Part shown: piece by piece, positions 11,724 through 26,100 of the stretch
How positions within the stretch are numbered: position 1 is the first letter of the stretch
How the letters are laid out: every line of letters starts with the position of its first letter
Assembly (NCBI GenBank): GCA_048128005.1
Contig: JBEUKZ010000064.1
Coordinates: forward strand, 1-64,000
Source: Veleropilina oligotropha
Lineage: Eukaryota
Length of the DNA stretch: 64,000 nt
Direction: 5' to 3'
Notes under the pieces: generated by a model
Database searches by the model: none
Told to the model about the DNA's origin: nothing
What the model saw: only the letters and a program-made list of their open reading frames with translations
Position numbers and translations under genes: made by a program

Positions 11724-14419
11724 GTGAGTTACCATACGTTTAATTTTAAGATGTGTGGGCTAAGATGGGTTGGTTCTAACGTAAATATATATGAGTTGAA
11801 GCACATAGGGAACATCGTATTTTATATAAGGCAGGTAAATAATTGATAAAACAGGGTTTGTTTGGAAGCCGAGTGAAACGACCGCCATTATATCGACTTA
11901 CTATAAATTCGCAGTATCCACAGTCGGACGATCTTTTCAAGATGAGCGCAATGATTGTATGGACCTACTACTGTCTGATTGTGTTCTGCTCCATGCTTGC
12001 GTAACACCGTAAAGAACTGGGATGTCGTATTTTGGTCTCATATTCTCTGAGGAATAGTACAATTAATATTGGTATTTAAATGAAATGGACGTTTTGGTTG
12101 GCATACATCGATAGATCTAAGGCGAAAAGCTTACTTAAAAAACTTCCACCCAGTTTCGTGATCGTTTAGCTAATCAATAATTGTTCATAACGATTGATAA
12201 AGCATGCTGTGCTAAAACGATTTTTATTTGCCTAATTGATTGTGTCCTACTGTATATCATTTCACAGATAACAAGCAATACGCCATGAATAACCAAATGA
12301 TTGATAGAATTGTATATGAAATGGTCAATTTTGCAATACCAATTTTGAGTTGACGAAGTAACTGTTATGACAGCGTAATCGATTTTACATTAAACAGTTA
12401 CCATTATATTCACTGTTATTTTTTGATAAACTAAATGTATTATATATATGTGTTTGGGGTGGGGTTTTTGGGTGGTGGTAAAAATTGCCTGTAAATCAAT
12501 AAAAATGAGAACATTTAGCGTAGGCCTATATTAAATTCTGGCAAACCAACATCTTCAGTAATGCTTTTCATAATAAGGGACTGGTCATTTATTATATGGG
12601 GGCGGTGGGATTGGGACACAGGCTTTAGGGGGGGTCATGAAAAAATACACAGTGTTTGGGGGTGGGTCATGAAAAAGTTACACAACATTTTGTAATACTG
12701 TACACAGAATACAGAAGAGGGTGTTTCATACCTTTAATAGTCAAATTTTTTCCCTGCGTGGGGCCCCAACCCCACGCGAACAATTGATCACAGGTTGTGA
12801 AAGTTTGACGTTAGTACCCCTTTTGAAAATGACAGTGGTTTTAGGGCTGGGTCATGCTAAAAAGTGTGGTGTAATACTTTGGTGAAAATTATTCATAAAG
12901 GTTGTCAAAATTGCATGTTTGGTTTGCACTCTCAGAATGCAGGTGATGGGGTTTTCATTGGCATAGTTCTGCAAAACTCATCCAACTTAAGTGCCCTTAA
13001 ATTTGAAAGTTCTTTTAGAGATTTGCACTCAAATTATATACGCGAGCTCAAAGTTTGTTATAAAATAACGGGTATTACCCCCCCCCCCCCCCCAATTTTT
13101 TATTGGTGCCCTTAGACAGACTCAAAAGTATATATCTGACTTCATAGTTTCTGTGTGCACCATCTCCAGAATTGATTTTACCGTCCATTTTAGATCAAAA
13201 TCCGTGCCCACTTTATCAACCATCAACCATGCCCGCTTTATGCAATTGTGTGCGATTTATATACAATAATGGGGGTATTTCACCCCCTCCCCCAATATTT
13301 TCTGATGCTCAGAGACAGAAGGCTTAAAGTATATATCTGAGTTCATAGTTTTTATCACACGTACAATATCCTCGAGATATCTGCATCTATACCGACAGTC
13401 ACCATTCTAGAGAGTATAATTATTATACAGCAGACTGAGCATGAGGCTATTACATGCCTACACCTTTTATGAAGTGATGAAATGATTCGTAAATATTGTT
13501 AAGAAATATCACATTTGCATCATTAGAATACAGAAGAGGGTGTTTCGCACGGTTATTTGTCAAAATATTCTTCCCTGGCCGTAAGGCCCTTCAAATTCCT
13601 GTTGACCATCATGTCCCCCTCAATGTTTTAGTCCCTGGTCATATATACAGGTGCATATTATATTTCAAAAACGTCTTAGGCCTATCTTTCAAATTGAAAA
13701 CTTTTACATAGTGGTGAAAATGATTCAAACATGTTGGTAAGAAATAGCACATTAGCGATCTCAGAATACAGGAGAGGGGGTTTCACAAGGTTAAATGTAA
13801 AAATTTGCTTCCTCGTGGGGTCACCCCACGCGGACCATTGATGTAGGCCTTAAAATTACCTTTATTTAAAATTAGTTATGCAAAGTGCCCTTTTTCCGTC
13901 TTAATACCCCCCCCCCCCCCTCCCAAACCAAAATTGCTTCCCACACCACTGGTTTCACATCATTAATTGTCAAATTTTTTATCTGCTTTTAGGGTGGGTC
14001 ATGAAAAAAATGTGTTTGGGTTATGTTATGAAAAAAATAACACAACTTGTGATATTCATATTGTTGATAGTGATTCGTAAACTTTTGTGGTAAGAAACAT
14101 CACGCTTGCTCTCTCAGAATACAGGAGAAGGAGCTAATTGTCCAAATTTTCCTCTGCGCCCCCGTGCAGGGAACACGCGTGGACAGTTCATAACAAATTG
14201 TAACAGTTGGACCCTACCCCTTTTCAAAATGATAAGGCTTTAGGAGCGGGTCATGAAATAATTACACAATGTTCTGTAAACTCATCCAACGTGATGAAAA
14301 TGTTTGTAAAAATACCACGATTGCAAATTCAAAATGCAGGACAGTTGAATTCAATTGAATTAGTGTTTTACGACCATGCCAACAATATCGAATACGAGTC
14401 AAGCGACTTAAAAGATTAA

Positions 14420-16250
14420 AACAAGTGATTGCCACTAAGTGGCGATTGTTCCCCGCCGTATTATTAACCGCATATATATTTTGCACGCTGTGTATCAGTA
14501 TAACTCAATGAGAATTAAGAAAGATTTCCTGACATTAGAGGCTAACCCAGAGACTAAGTGTAAATATACTTGAAGTACATAAATTAAATAATTTTCATTA
14601 TTCAAACTTTATCCATCCCATTATGTGGTTAGTTGATCTGTGAAGTTTCAGAAACCTAACATTTCTCTAAATGGAAAATTTAGTTGAGAGAAAATTGATA
14701 AATTACATACATCCAAAGACTAAGTTTTAAATCAGCAAAAGTCAGCAATAAATCAAGGTTTCAAAAAATCCCCAATATTTGAACCTGATCTACCCCATGA
14801 TGGGGTTAATTGATCTGAAAAGTTTCAGAAAGCTAGCATCTCTGAAAATGAAATAAGTGCATGTGACAAAATTGACCACATCCATGCATGCAGAAACTTG
14901 TAATGTACGAAATCGCAAAAAAATCCATAAATTTAAAAAAAACATTCCCAATATTCGAAAAAGAAAAAGGAAAGGATCAATGGATATTGTCCTGTATATT
15001 TCCAACCTATTAAGGTTCAAACCAGGACCTGTATTATTGCGGGAGGAAAGCCCGATCGCCCGGTGAAACCCACCCTCTTGGGCCAGTCACGGACAACTGT
15101 GATTCATAACTTTGATGTGATTAATTGATCGGTAATGTTTGAGAAAGCTAGAAATTCTCGATATGCAAAAAATTGTGAGAAAATAGATCACATCTATGGT
15201 TCCAGAGACTATGTTCAGAAGTGCTGAAAAGTCACCAAAAAAATAAATGCCGCGAAATTATATGTCTCACCCATCCCCGTTTACTTTGAAAAGGGCCACA
15301 TATTCAGTTTGTAAAGTAATAATTCAGAAGTACTACCTATGCAGTGCTGATCCTATTATAGTTATTGTAAAACTTAGTTTCATAGAAACAGAAATAAAGA
15401 CAAAATCTTATTATTATATGCTAGAGATTAAATATATTTAGCAGCCAATCCATGACAAAATAGTATACCGATAATGACTCTAACCTTGACCAGTTGAGGA
15501 GGGTGATATTAGACACTGGATACAGTCTGTTCTTGTTATGGCAATATATACTGCCATCTCAAGATACCCATGGAATAAACCAATGGGGAAGCCAGTTTTC
15601 AAAATCCATCTGATTTTGATAATCTCAGCTTCTCAGAGTGACCATTAAGCTTAACAGCTTGCTGTGCCTATCGGCAGTGAGCAAGTCTTACAGATAAGCA
15701 TATGTCCCTTTCACCATACAAACATAATACTTACATACTATATCTGCTTCCTTTCTACCCTCAATATTTCATGGCATAATTAAACTTTTCAGAATAACTG
15801 CTATAGTGTGTAGGCATAGCAAAAATAAATCATGTAATTTCATAAACAAAAATTGAGGGCGGAGGGGCAGCATAAGGGGTGGGGGTAGGGGGAGGTGCGA
15901 CAAATCGGAAGGACATGTATGTGCCTACCTCCTCTCAGTTTCAGAAAGCTACCATTTCTCTAAATGAAAAAAATATGTTAGATATAGACCACAGCCATGC
16001 TTCCAGAGACTATGTTCAAAATTTCCGAAAATCACCAAAAAATCAAAAGTTTTCAAAATAAAATTTCCAATATTCGAACTTGATCTACCTAATGATGTGG
16101 TTAGTTCATCTGTAAAGGGAAAGCTCGCATTTCTGTAAATGGAAAAAAAAGATGTGAGAAAATCCGGGACGGACGCACGGATGGACGGACGAACGCACGA
16201 ACGCGGATTCTATGTCCCCCGTCCGCCAGATAGGCGGCGGGGGACAATTA
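14420..16250. mobile_element. Helentron-associated (HINE/pearl-like) non-autonomous element
   Basis: Starts aacaagtgattgccactaagtggcga; internal ~170-bp diverged repeats (gatctgtgaagtttcagaaa); ends with (GGAC)n-like microsatellite and GC hairpin tgtcccccgtccgcc...ggcggcgggggaca. Confidence 0.65.
14985..15115 (-). mobile_element. Fragment of the 6932-7196 SINE family
   Basis: gtcctgtatatttccaacc...ggccagtcacggacaactgtgattca matches ~6958-7077. Confidence 0.8.
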
Positions 16251-16334
16251 CTAGATAAAAAAGAAACAGTATTCAAAATGAGACTTACAGTGAAATCAAT
16301 ATAATATAAATTTTCGAAAAAAATTTAACCATCA

Positions 16335-16610
16335 GTTTTGTAAAAGTAAAAGGGTTATATTAGCTTATTTATTAAAATCTAAAATGACATCAATTTTAAT
16401 ATTACTAAATAGTTTTTGAAGTGAGAATGCCTTAAAATATTTTTGACTCATTGTCAATTTGTGTCTAAATCAACAGAGTCCAATAGAATGTGTTTGACTG
16501 TTAGGACAGTAGCCAAAGGAACGCACTCAGGTGGAGGCTCCCCTTTTAAGCAAGTATGAGTGCGTATGGTGAGAATGCCCAATTCTCTGTCTAGCCAAGG
16601 CGATCTTTTC
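16335..16610 (-). mobile_element. I/Nimb-clade LINE 3' fragment
   Basis: ORF 16454-16687 contains LKGEPPPEC...LTVKHILLD; same family as 8820-9295. Confidence 0.75.
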
Positions 16611-17588
16611 AAGACGCAAAAAACTGTAAGAGGGGCCCCACTCACCAAGAAGATCCTGGACATTCTGCAGTTTATGATATCATCCAAAGAACATTTCCAT
16701 GTAGTTTAAATGTAAAAATCTGTACTTAAATCTTAATATGGAATTTAAAAATGTATACGTTGGTTAATTTGTAAAACTGACTTGCTGCTGTATCAGCCTT
16801 TTCATTGCCTTCGATGGTAATATGGCTTGGTATCCAGCTTAAAATGATGTGTTTTTTGTATTTGAGCAATAAATGTTCCATAAATACATGTCTATTCATC
16901 CCCTCAAAATGCAGGACAGAGTTTCACACAGTTTCCTGCTGCGCGGACAATTAATAATATATTGTAACAGTTGGACCCCCTTTCAAACTTCAGAACCCCC
17001 TGGGGGTGGGTCAGGAAAAAAAGACACATGGTCTGGGGGCGGGCCATGAAAAAGACGCACGGTCCGGGGGTGGGTCACCATTTTTCGACACGCCCAGTAG
17101 ACCATTTTCACCCCCCCCCCCTATAATAAATGACCAGTCCCTAACTGCAAATTTCCAAATGAGTAACATTGAAAGTAGGATAATTGAAATTAGTGGAGTA
17201 TTTACAAGAAACAGTGAGTTCAGCATGAAGCCGTATAACGGTTATCTCACCTGCCTCCAATGTCTCAGGGCAATCGTAACTGATATATACGATATTATGA
17301 ACTCCAGTGCTGATGACGTGTTGTATGAAAACACTCGTGAATGCAACCTTTGCTTTATATATTTGATGCCAATTCGAGTCAAATCTTTGGTATTCCACCT
17401 TTATATTATGTATAGCAAGCTGATAACAGGAAATGGATGATGTAGTTTCATGCAAAATTCACATAATTTCACAATTACCTCTTTAGTCATATGAGTCTGG
17501 TTGAATTCGATATATTATCTCAGCGCACACTAGAAGAAGTGTACCAGTCAAAAGAGCTATAATTTATAAATCACGGCAATTTATATCA

Positions 17589-17689
17589 ATGCCAAAAAGA
17601 ACCGACCGCCACAAAGTTCTGATTTTGTATCCCCTGCCAAAGGTACCATTGTGGCCTCCATCTCGGCGTATGGAAAACGGTTTCAAGAA
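17589..17689 (+). CDS. Weaker candidate first exon D (MPKRTDRHKVLILYPLPKVPLWPPSRRMENGFK-K/N)
   Basis: ATG 17589 (or in-frame ATG 17670) open to AA|GTAAGT donor in phase 2; weak start context. Confidence 0.35.
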
Positions 17690-18446
17690 GTAAGTTTATC
17701 AGGGACATTCATGACGTTCGCAGGGATTTGCTGTTACGGCTCTGATCGAACTATCAAATTTAAGATATTGTTGCGTTCGAGTAGACAGAGACACCTCCAA
17801 GTCACGAAGGCACATTCTTCGATATCTAAACACTCTGTCAGCGAAAATCACAAGTTGTTTTACCGTTTAACCTAACTCGAGATACCATAAATATTCTTTG
17901 GCTGACATATATTAAATGCAAATAAATTGAAAGCAAACTCACTTCAGATACATGTGGAATTTTATGGAAACACATAATTTAAATGTAGTCTAAAGAAATC
18001 CGACACTTTGTTGACTTACATAATCGGGCGACTGCCACCGTTAATGTATTTTATGTTTTATTCCGTGACATGCTTTAAAGATCATAGGCGTGTGTAGTAA
18101 AACAGGCAATCGCATTATTCATACTCGTCTGCCATGACCGTGGTATACGGCGGGTATACACGGCGAGAAATGTAAACATCTTATGACATGCGAGAGATAA
18201 AATTATATTCTATCTACCGCATTTTATAATTAAATGTACATTTAAATGTACAATATAATATCATCAGCCTTCACTAGAAGAGAGTTTCTTCGATAAGCTT
18301 CGATTATATATAGGGCTCTAGATATTTTACCCAGGGTGTATGGTACACTTCGAATTCCAGGTGTATTTTTGTACTTAACTAGAAATTTGCCTCCCGACAT
18401 TGCATTTTTTCGGGCATTTGTTCAAACTCTGTAGTTCTTCACTATA

Positions 18447-18665
18447 TTGACGGATTAAATACGGCAATGTGGCGTCATTGACGGATTAAATACGGTAATG
18501 CGGCATCATTGACGGATTAAATACGGTAATGTGGCGTCATTGACGGATTAAATACGGCAATGTGGCGTCATTTATGGATTAAATACGGTAATGTGGCGTC
18601 ATTGACGGATTAAATACGGTAATGTGGCGTCATTGACGAATTAAATACGGTAATGTGGCGTCATT
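18447..18665. repeat. 31-bp minisatellite, 7 copies
   Basis: Unit ttgacggattaaatacggyaatgtggcgtca. Confidence 0.95.
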
Positions 18666-18934
18666 TTAGGGATATACCAAGTAAGCAATGAAATAGAAGT
18701 TAATCATGGCATTAACATTCTTAATCTTTATCTCTTCGATACCGGTGTTATCAAAGGGGTGAAGAGTCGACATTATAACATGCTTTATGGCAGAAAATAT
18801 CTGTGTGTTCTGTATACATCTGGAAGAAATATTGCATGGTCGGTCTCAATGTACAGTATTTGACCTATGGAATGAGAAATGAAGTGATGTCATGAATTTT
18901 GGAGACCAAGTATACATATGTATAGGGACAATGC

Positions 18935-19822
<888 letters not shown>

Positions 19823-19909
19823 AAATGTTTAAACGTGGTCGTAAAACTAAATTGATTGAAATAAAATTACATCTAGCTCCATTATAAAATTACTGCTTAG
19901 TTTTCACTA

Positions 19910-20145
19910 TGACGGGCCTCAGCTTATTAGTGGTCATGATGCTGAACCACGACCATATTTATCAGATTCGATTCCCGGGTGTGGCGAGAATTTGTCACAT
20001 GTATACCTCTTCTGCATTGCACGCAGGATCCGTCTTTCGGATGAGACGTCAAAAGCCTGCGATCCTGACTACAGATACGACTGAAAATCATTGTTAAAAT
20101 GAGGTCGTAAAACAATCGATTCGTAACAAACAAAATCAAACAAAT
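19910..20145 (+). mobile_element. tRNA-derived V-SINE
   Basis: B-box-like gattcgattccc (~19965), V-domain core gtctttcggatgagacgtcaaa (~20032), tail gactgaaaatcattg...ggtcgtaaaac and (CAAA)n. Confidence 0.75.
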
Positions 20146-20152
20146 TCCTTAG

Positions 20153-23100
20153 TTCCAATAGTACTACATCCCAATAGTACTACATCCCAATAGTACTACA
20201 TCCCAATAGTACTATATCCCAATAGTACTACATCCCAATAGTACTACATCCCAATAGTACCACATCCCAACAGTACTACATCCCAATAGTACTATATCCC
20301 AATAGTACTACATCCCAATAGTACCACATCCCAATAGTACTACATCCCAATAGTACCACATCCCAATAGTACTACATCCCAATAGTACTACATCCCAATA
20401 GTACTACATCCCAATAGTACTACATCCCAATAGTACCACATCCCAATAGTATTACATCCCAATAGTACTACATCTCAATAGTACCACATCCCAATAGAAC
20501 TACATCCCAGTAGTACTACATCCCAAAAGTACTACATCCCAATAGTACTGCACCCCAATAGTACCACATCCCAATAGTACCACATCCCAATAGTACTACA
20601 TCCCAATAGTACCATATCCCAATAGTACTACATCCCAATAGTACCATATCCCAATAGTATTACATCTCAATAGTACTACATCCCAATAGTACCATATCCC
20701 AATAGTACTGCATCGCAATAGTACTACATCCCAATAGTACCACATCCCAATAGTACTACATCCCAATAGTACCACATCCCAATAGTACTATATCCCAATA
20801 GTACCACATCCCAATAGTACTACATCCCAATAGTACCACATCCCAATAGTACTATATCCCAATAGTACTACATCCCAATAGTACTACATCTCAATAGTAC
20901 CACATCCCAATAGTACTACATCCCAGTAGTACTACATCCCAATAGTACTACATACCAATAGTACTACACCCCAATAGTACCACATCCCAATAGTACCACA
21001 TCCCAATAGTACTACATCCCAATAGTACTACACCCCAATAGTACTACATCCCAATAATACTACATCCCAATAGTACTACACCCCAATAGTACCACATCCC
21101 AATAGTACCACATCTCAATAGTACCACATCCCAATAGTATTACATCCCAATAGTGCCACATCTCAATAGTACTACACCCCAATAGTACCACATCCCAATA
21201 GTACCACATCTCAATAGTACCACATACCAATAGTACCACATCCCAATAGTACCACATCTCAATAGTACTACATCCCAATAGTACCACATCCCAATAGTAC
21301 TACATCCCAATAGTACTACACCCCAATAGTACCACATCCCAATAGTACCACATCTCAATAGTACTACACCCCAATAGTACTACACCCCAATAGTACAACA
21401 TCCCAATAGTACCACATCTCAATAGTACCACATACCAATAGTACTACATCCCAATAGTACTACATCCCAATAGTACTACATCCCAATAGTACCACATACC
21501 AATAGTATTACATCTCAATAGTACTACATCCCAATAGTACTACATCCCAATAGTCCCACATCCCAATAGTACCACATCCCAATAGTACCACATCACAATA
21601 GTACCACATCCCAATAGTACTACACCCCAATAGTACTACATCCCAATAGTACCACATCCCAATAGTACCACATCCCAATAGTATTACATCTCAATAGTAC
21701 TACATCCCAATAGTACTACATCCCAATAGTCCCACATCCCAATAGTACCACATCCCAATAGTACCACATCTCAATAGTACCACATCCCAATAGTACTACA
21801 CCCCAATAGTACAACATCCCAATAGTACCACATCTCAATAGTACCACATACCAATAGTACTACATCCCAATAGTACTACACCCCAATAGTACTACATCCC
21901 AATAGTACAACATCCCAATAGTACCACATCTCAATAGTACCACATCTCAATAGTGCTACACCCCAATAGTACAACATCCCAATAGTACCACATCTCAATA
22001 GTACCACATACCAATAGTACTACATCCCAATAGTACTACATCCCAATAGTACCACATCCCAATAGTACCACATCCCAATAGTACTACATGTCAATAGTAC
22101 CACATCTCAATAGTACCACATCCCAATAGTACTACATCCCAATAGTACCACATCCCAATAGTGCTACATCCCAATATTACTACACCCCAATAGTACCGCA
22201 TCCCAATAGTACTACATCCCAATAGTACCACATCCCAATAGTACTACATCCCAATAGTACTACATCCCAATAGTACTACACCCCAATAGTACCACATCCC
22301 AATAGTACCACATCCCAATAGTACTACATCCCAATAGTACCACATCCCAATAGTACCACATCCCAATAGTATTACATCCCAATAGTACCACATCCCAATA
22401 GTACCACATCCCAATAGTACCACATCCCAATAGTACCGCATCCCAATAGTATCACATCCCAATAGTACTACATCCCAATAGTATTACATCCCAATAGTAC
22501 CACATCCCAATAGTACCACATCCCAATAGTACCACATCCCAATAGTACCACATCCCAATAGTACCACATCCCAATAGTACCACATCCCAATAGTACTACA
22601 TCCCAATAGTACCGCATCCCAATAGTACTACATCCCAATAGTACTACATCCCAATAGTACTACACCCCAATAGTACCACATCCCAATAGTACCACATCCC
22701 AATAGTACCCCATCTCAATAGTACCACATCCCAATATTACTACACCCCAATAGTACCGCATCCCAATAGTACTACATCCCAATAGTACCACATCCCAATA
22801 GTGCTACATCCCAATATTACTACATCCCGATAGTACTACATCCCAATATTACTACACCCCAATAGTACCGCATCCCAATAGTACTACATCCCAATAGTAC
22901 TACATCCCAATAGTACTACATCCCAATAGTATTACATCTCAATAATACTGCATCCCAATAGTACCACATCCCAATAGTACCACATCGCAATAGTACCACA
23001 TCCCAATAGTACCACATCCCAATAGTACTACATCCCAATAGTACCACATCTCAATAGTACTACATCCCAAAGTACCACATCTCAATAGTACCACATCCCA

Positions 23101-26100
23101 ATAGTACCACATCCCAATAGTACCACATCCCAATAGGACTACATCCCAATAGTACTACATCTCAATAGTACTACATCTCAATAGTACTACATCCCAATAG
23201 TACTACATCCCAATAGTACTACATCCCAATAGTACCACACCCCAATAGAACCACATCTCAATAGTACTACATCTCAATAGTACTACATCCCAATAGTACT
23301 ACATCCCAATAGTACCACATCCCAATAGTACCACATCCCAATAGTACCACATCTCAATAGTACTACATCTCAATAGTACTACATCCCAATAGTACTACAT
23401 CCCAATAGTACCACACCCCAATAGAACCACATCTCAATAGTACAACATCTCAATAGTACTACATCCCAATAGTACTACATCCCAATAGTACCACATCCCA
23501 ATAGTACCACATCCCAATAGTACCACATCCCAATAGTACTACATCCCAATAGTACTACATCCCAATAGTACTACATCCCAATAGTACCACATCCCAATAG
23601 TACCACATCCCAATAGTACCACATCTCAATAGTACTACATCTCAATAGTACTACATCTCAATAGTACTACATCCCAATAGTACTACATCCCAATAGTACC
23701 ACATCCCAATAGTACCACATCCCAATAGTACCACATCTCAATAGTACCACATCCCAATAGTACCACATCCCAATAGTACCACATCCCAATAGGACTACAT
23801 CCCAATAGTACTACATCCCAATAGTACTACATCCCAATAGTACTACATCTCAATAGTACTACATCCCAATAGTACTACATCCCAATAGTACCACATCCCA
23901 ATAGTATTACATCCCAATAGTACCACATCGCAATAGTACCACATCTCAATAGTACCACATCCCAATAGTATTACATCTCAATAGTACCACATCGCAATAG
24001 TACCACATCCCAATAGTATTACATCTCAATAGTACCACATCGCAATAGTACCACATCCCAATAGGACTACATCCCAATAGTACTACATCTCAATAGTACT
24101 ACATCTCAATAGTACTACATCCCAATAGTATTACATCTCAATAGTACCACATCGCAATAGTATTACATCTCAATAGTACCACATCGCAATAGTACCACAT
24201 CCCAATAGTATTACATCTCAATAGTACCACATCGCAATAGTACCACATCCCAATAGGACTACATCCCAATAGTACTACATCTCAATAGTACTACATCTCA
24301 ATAGTACTACATCCCAATAGTACCACATCTCAATAGTACCACATCCCAATAGGACTACATCTCAATAGTACTACATCTCAATAGTACCACATCCCAATAG
24401 GACTACATCCCAATAGTACTACATCTCAATAGTACTACATCTCAATAGTACTACATCCCAATAGTACCACATCTCAATAGTACCACATCCCAATAGTACC
24501 ACATCCCAATAGTATTACATCTCAATAGTACCACATCGCAATAGTACCACATCCCAATAGGACTACATCCCAATAGTACTACATCTCAATAGTACTACAT
24601 CTCAATAGTACTACATCCCAATAGTACCACATCTCAATAGTACCACATCCCAATAGGACTACATCTCAATAGTACTACATCTCAATAGTATTACATCTCA
24701 ATAGTACTACATCCCAATAGTACCACATCCCAATAGTACCACATCCCAATAGTACCACATCCCAATAGTACCACATCCCAATAGGACTACATCCCAATAG
24801 TACTACATCTCAATAGTACTACATCTCAATAGTACTACATCCCAATAGTACCACATCTCAATAGTACCACATCCCAATAGTACCACATCCCAATAGTACC
24901 ACATCCCAATAGGACTACATCCCAATAGTACCACATCCCAATAGTATTACATCCCAATAGTACCACATCGCAATAGTACCACATCTCAATAGTACCACAT
25001 CCCAATAGTACCACATCCCAATAGTATTACATCTCAATAGTACCACATCGCAATAGTACCACATCTCAATAGTACCACATCCCAATAGTACCACATCCCA
25101 ATAGTATTACATCCCAATAGTACCACATCGCAATAGTACCACATCTCAATAGTACCACATCCCAATAGTACCACATCCCAATAGTATTACATCCCAATAG
25201 TACCACATCGCAATAGTACCACATCTCAATAGTACCACATCCCAATAGTACCACATCCCAATAGTATTACATCTCAATAGTACCACATCTCAATAGTACT
25301 ACACCCCAATAGTACCACATCCCAATAGGACTACATCCCAATAGTACTACATCTCAATAGTACTACATCTCAATAGTACTACATCCCAATAGTACCACAT
25401 CCCAATAGTACCACATCCCAATAGGACTACATCCCAATAGTACTACATCTCAATAGTACTACATCTCAATAGTACTACATCCCAATAGTACCACATCTCA
25501 ATAGTACTACATCTCAATAGTACCACATCGCAATAGTACCACATCCCAATAGTACCACATCCCAATAGTACCACATCCCAATAGTATTACATCCCAATAG
25601 TACCACATCGCAATAGTACCACATCTCAATAGTACCACATCCCAATAGTACCACATCCCAATAGTATTACATCTCAATAGTACCACATCTCAATAGTACT
25701 ACATCTCAATAGTACCACATCGCAATAGTACCACATCCCAATAGTACCGCATCCCAATAGTACTACATCCCAATAGTACCACATCTCAATAGTACTACAT
25801 CCCAATAGTACCACATCTCAATAGTACCACATCCCAATAGTACCACATCCCAATAGTACCACATCCCAATAGGACTACATCCCAATAGTACTACATCTCA
25901 ATAGTAGTACATCCCAATAGTACCACATCTCAATAGTACTACATCTCAATAGTACTACATCCCAATAGTACCGCATCCCAATAGTACTACATCCCAATAG
26001 TACCACATCCCAATAGTACCACATCGCAATAGTACCACATCCCAATAGTACCACATCCCAATAGGACTACATCCCAATAGTACTACATCTCAATAGTACT

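Larger units (their letters stand above)
12577..17141. mobile_element. Non-autonomous PIF/Harbinger-like TIR element carrying nested insertions
   Basis: TIR GGGACTGGTCATTTATTAT at 12577 and its reverse complement ending 17141; TAA on both flanks; internal subrepeats (ctcagaatacaggagagggg-like) at ~12705, 12930, 13525, 13760, 14112, 16903. Confidence 0.8.

Noticed and set aside
11487..11735. 82-aa minus-strand ORF
   Set aside because: Better explained as the antisense shadow of the GC-rich plus-strand exon C, which has a canonical donor.
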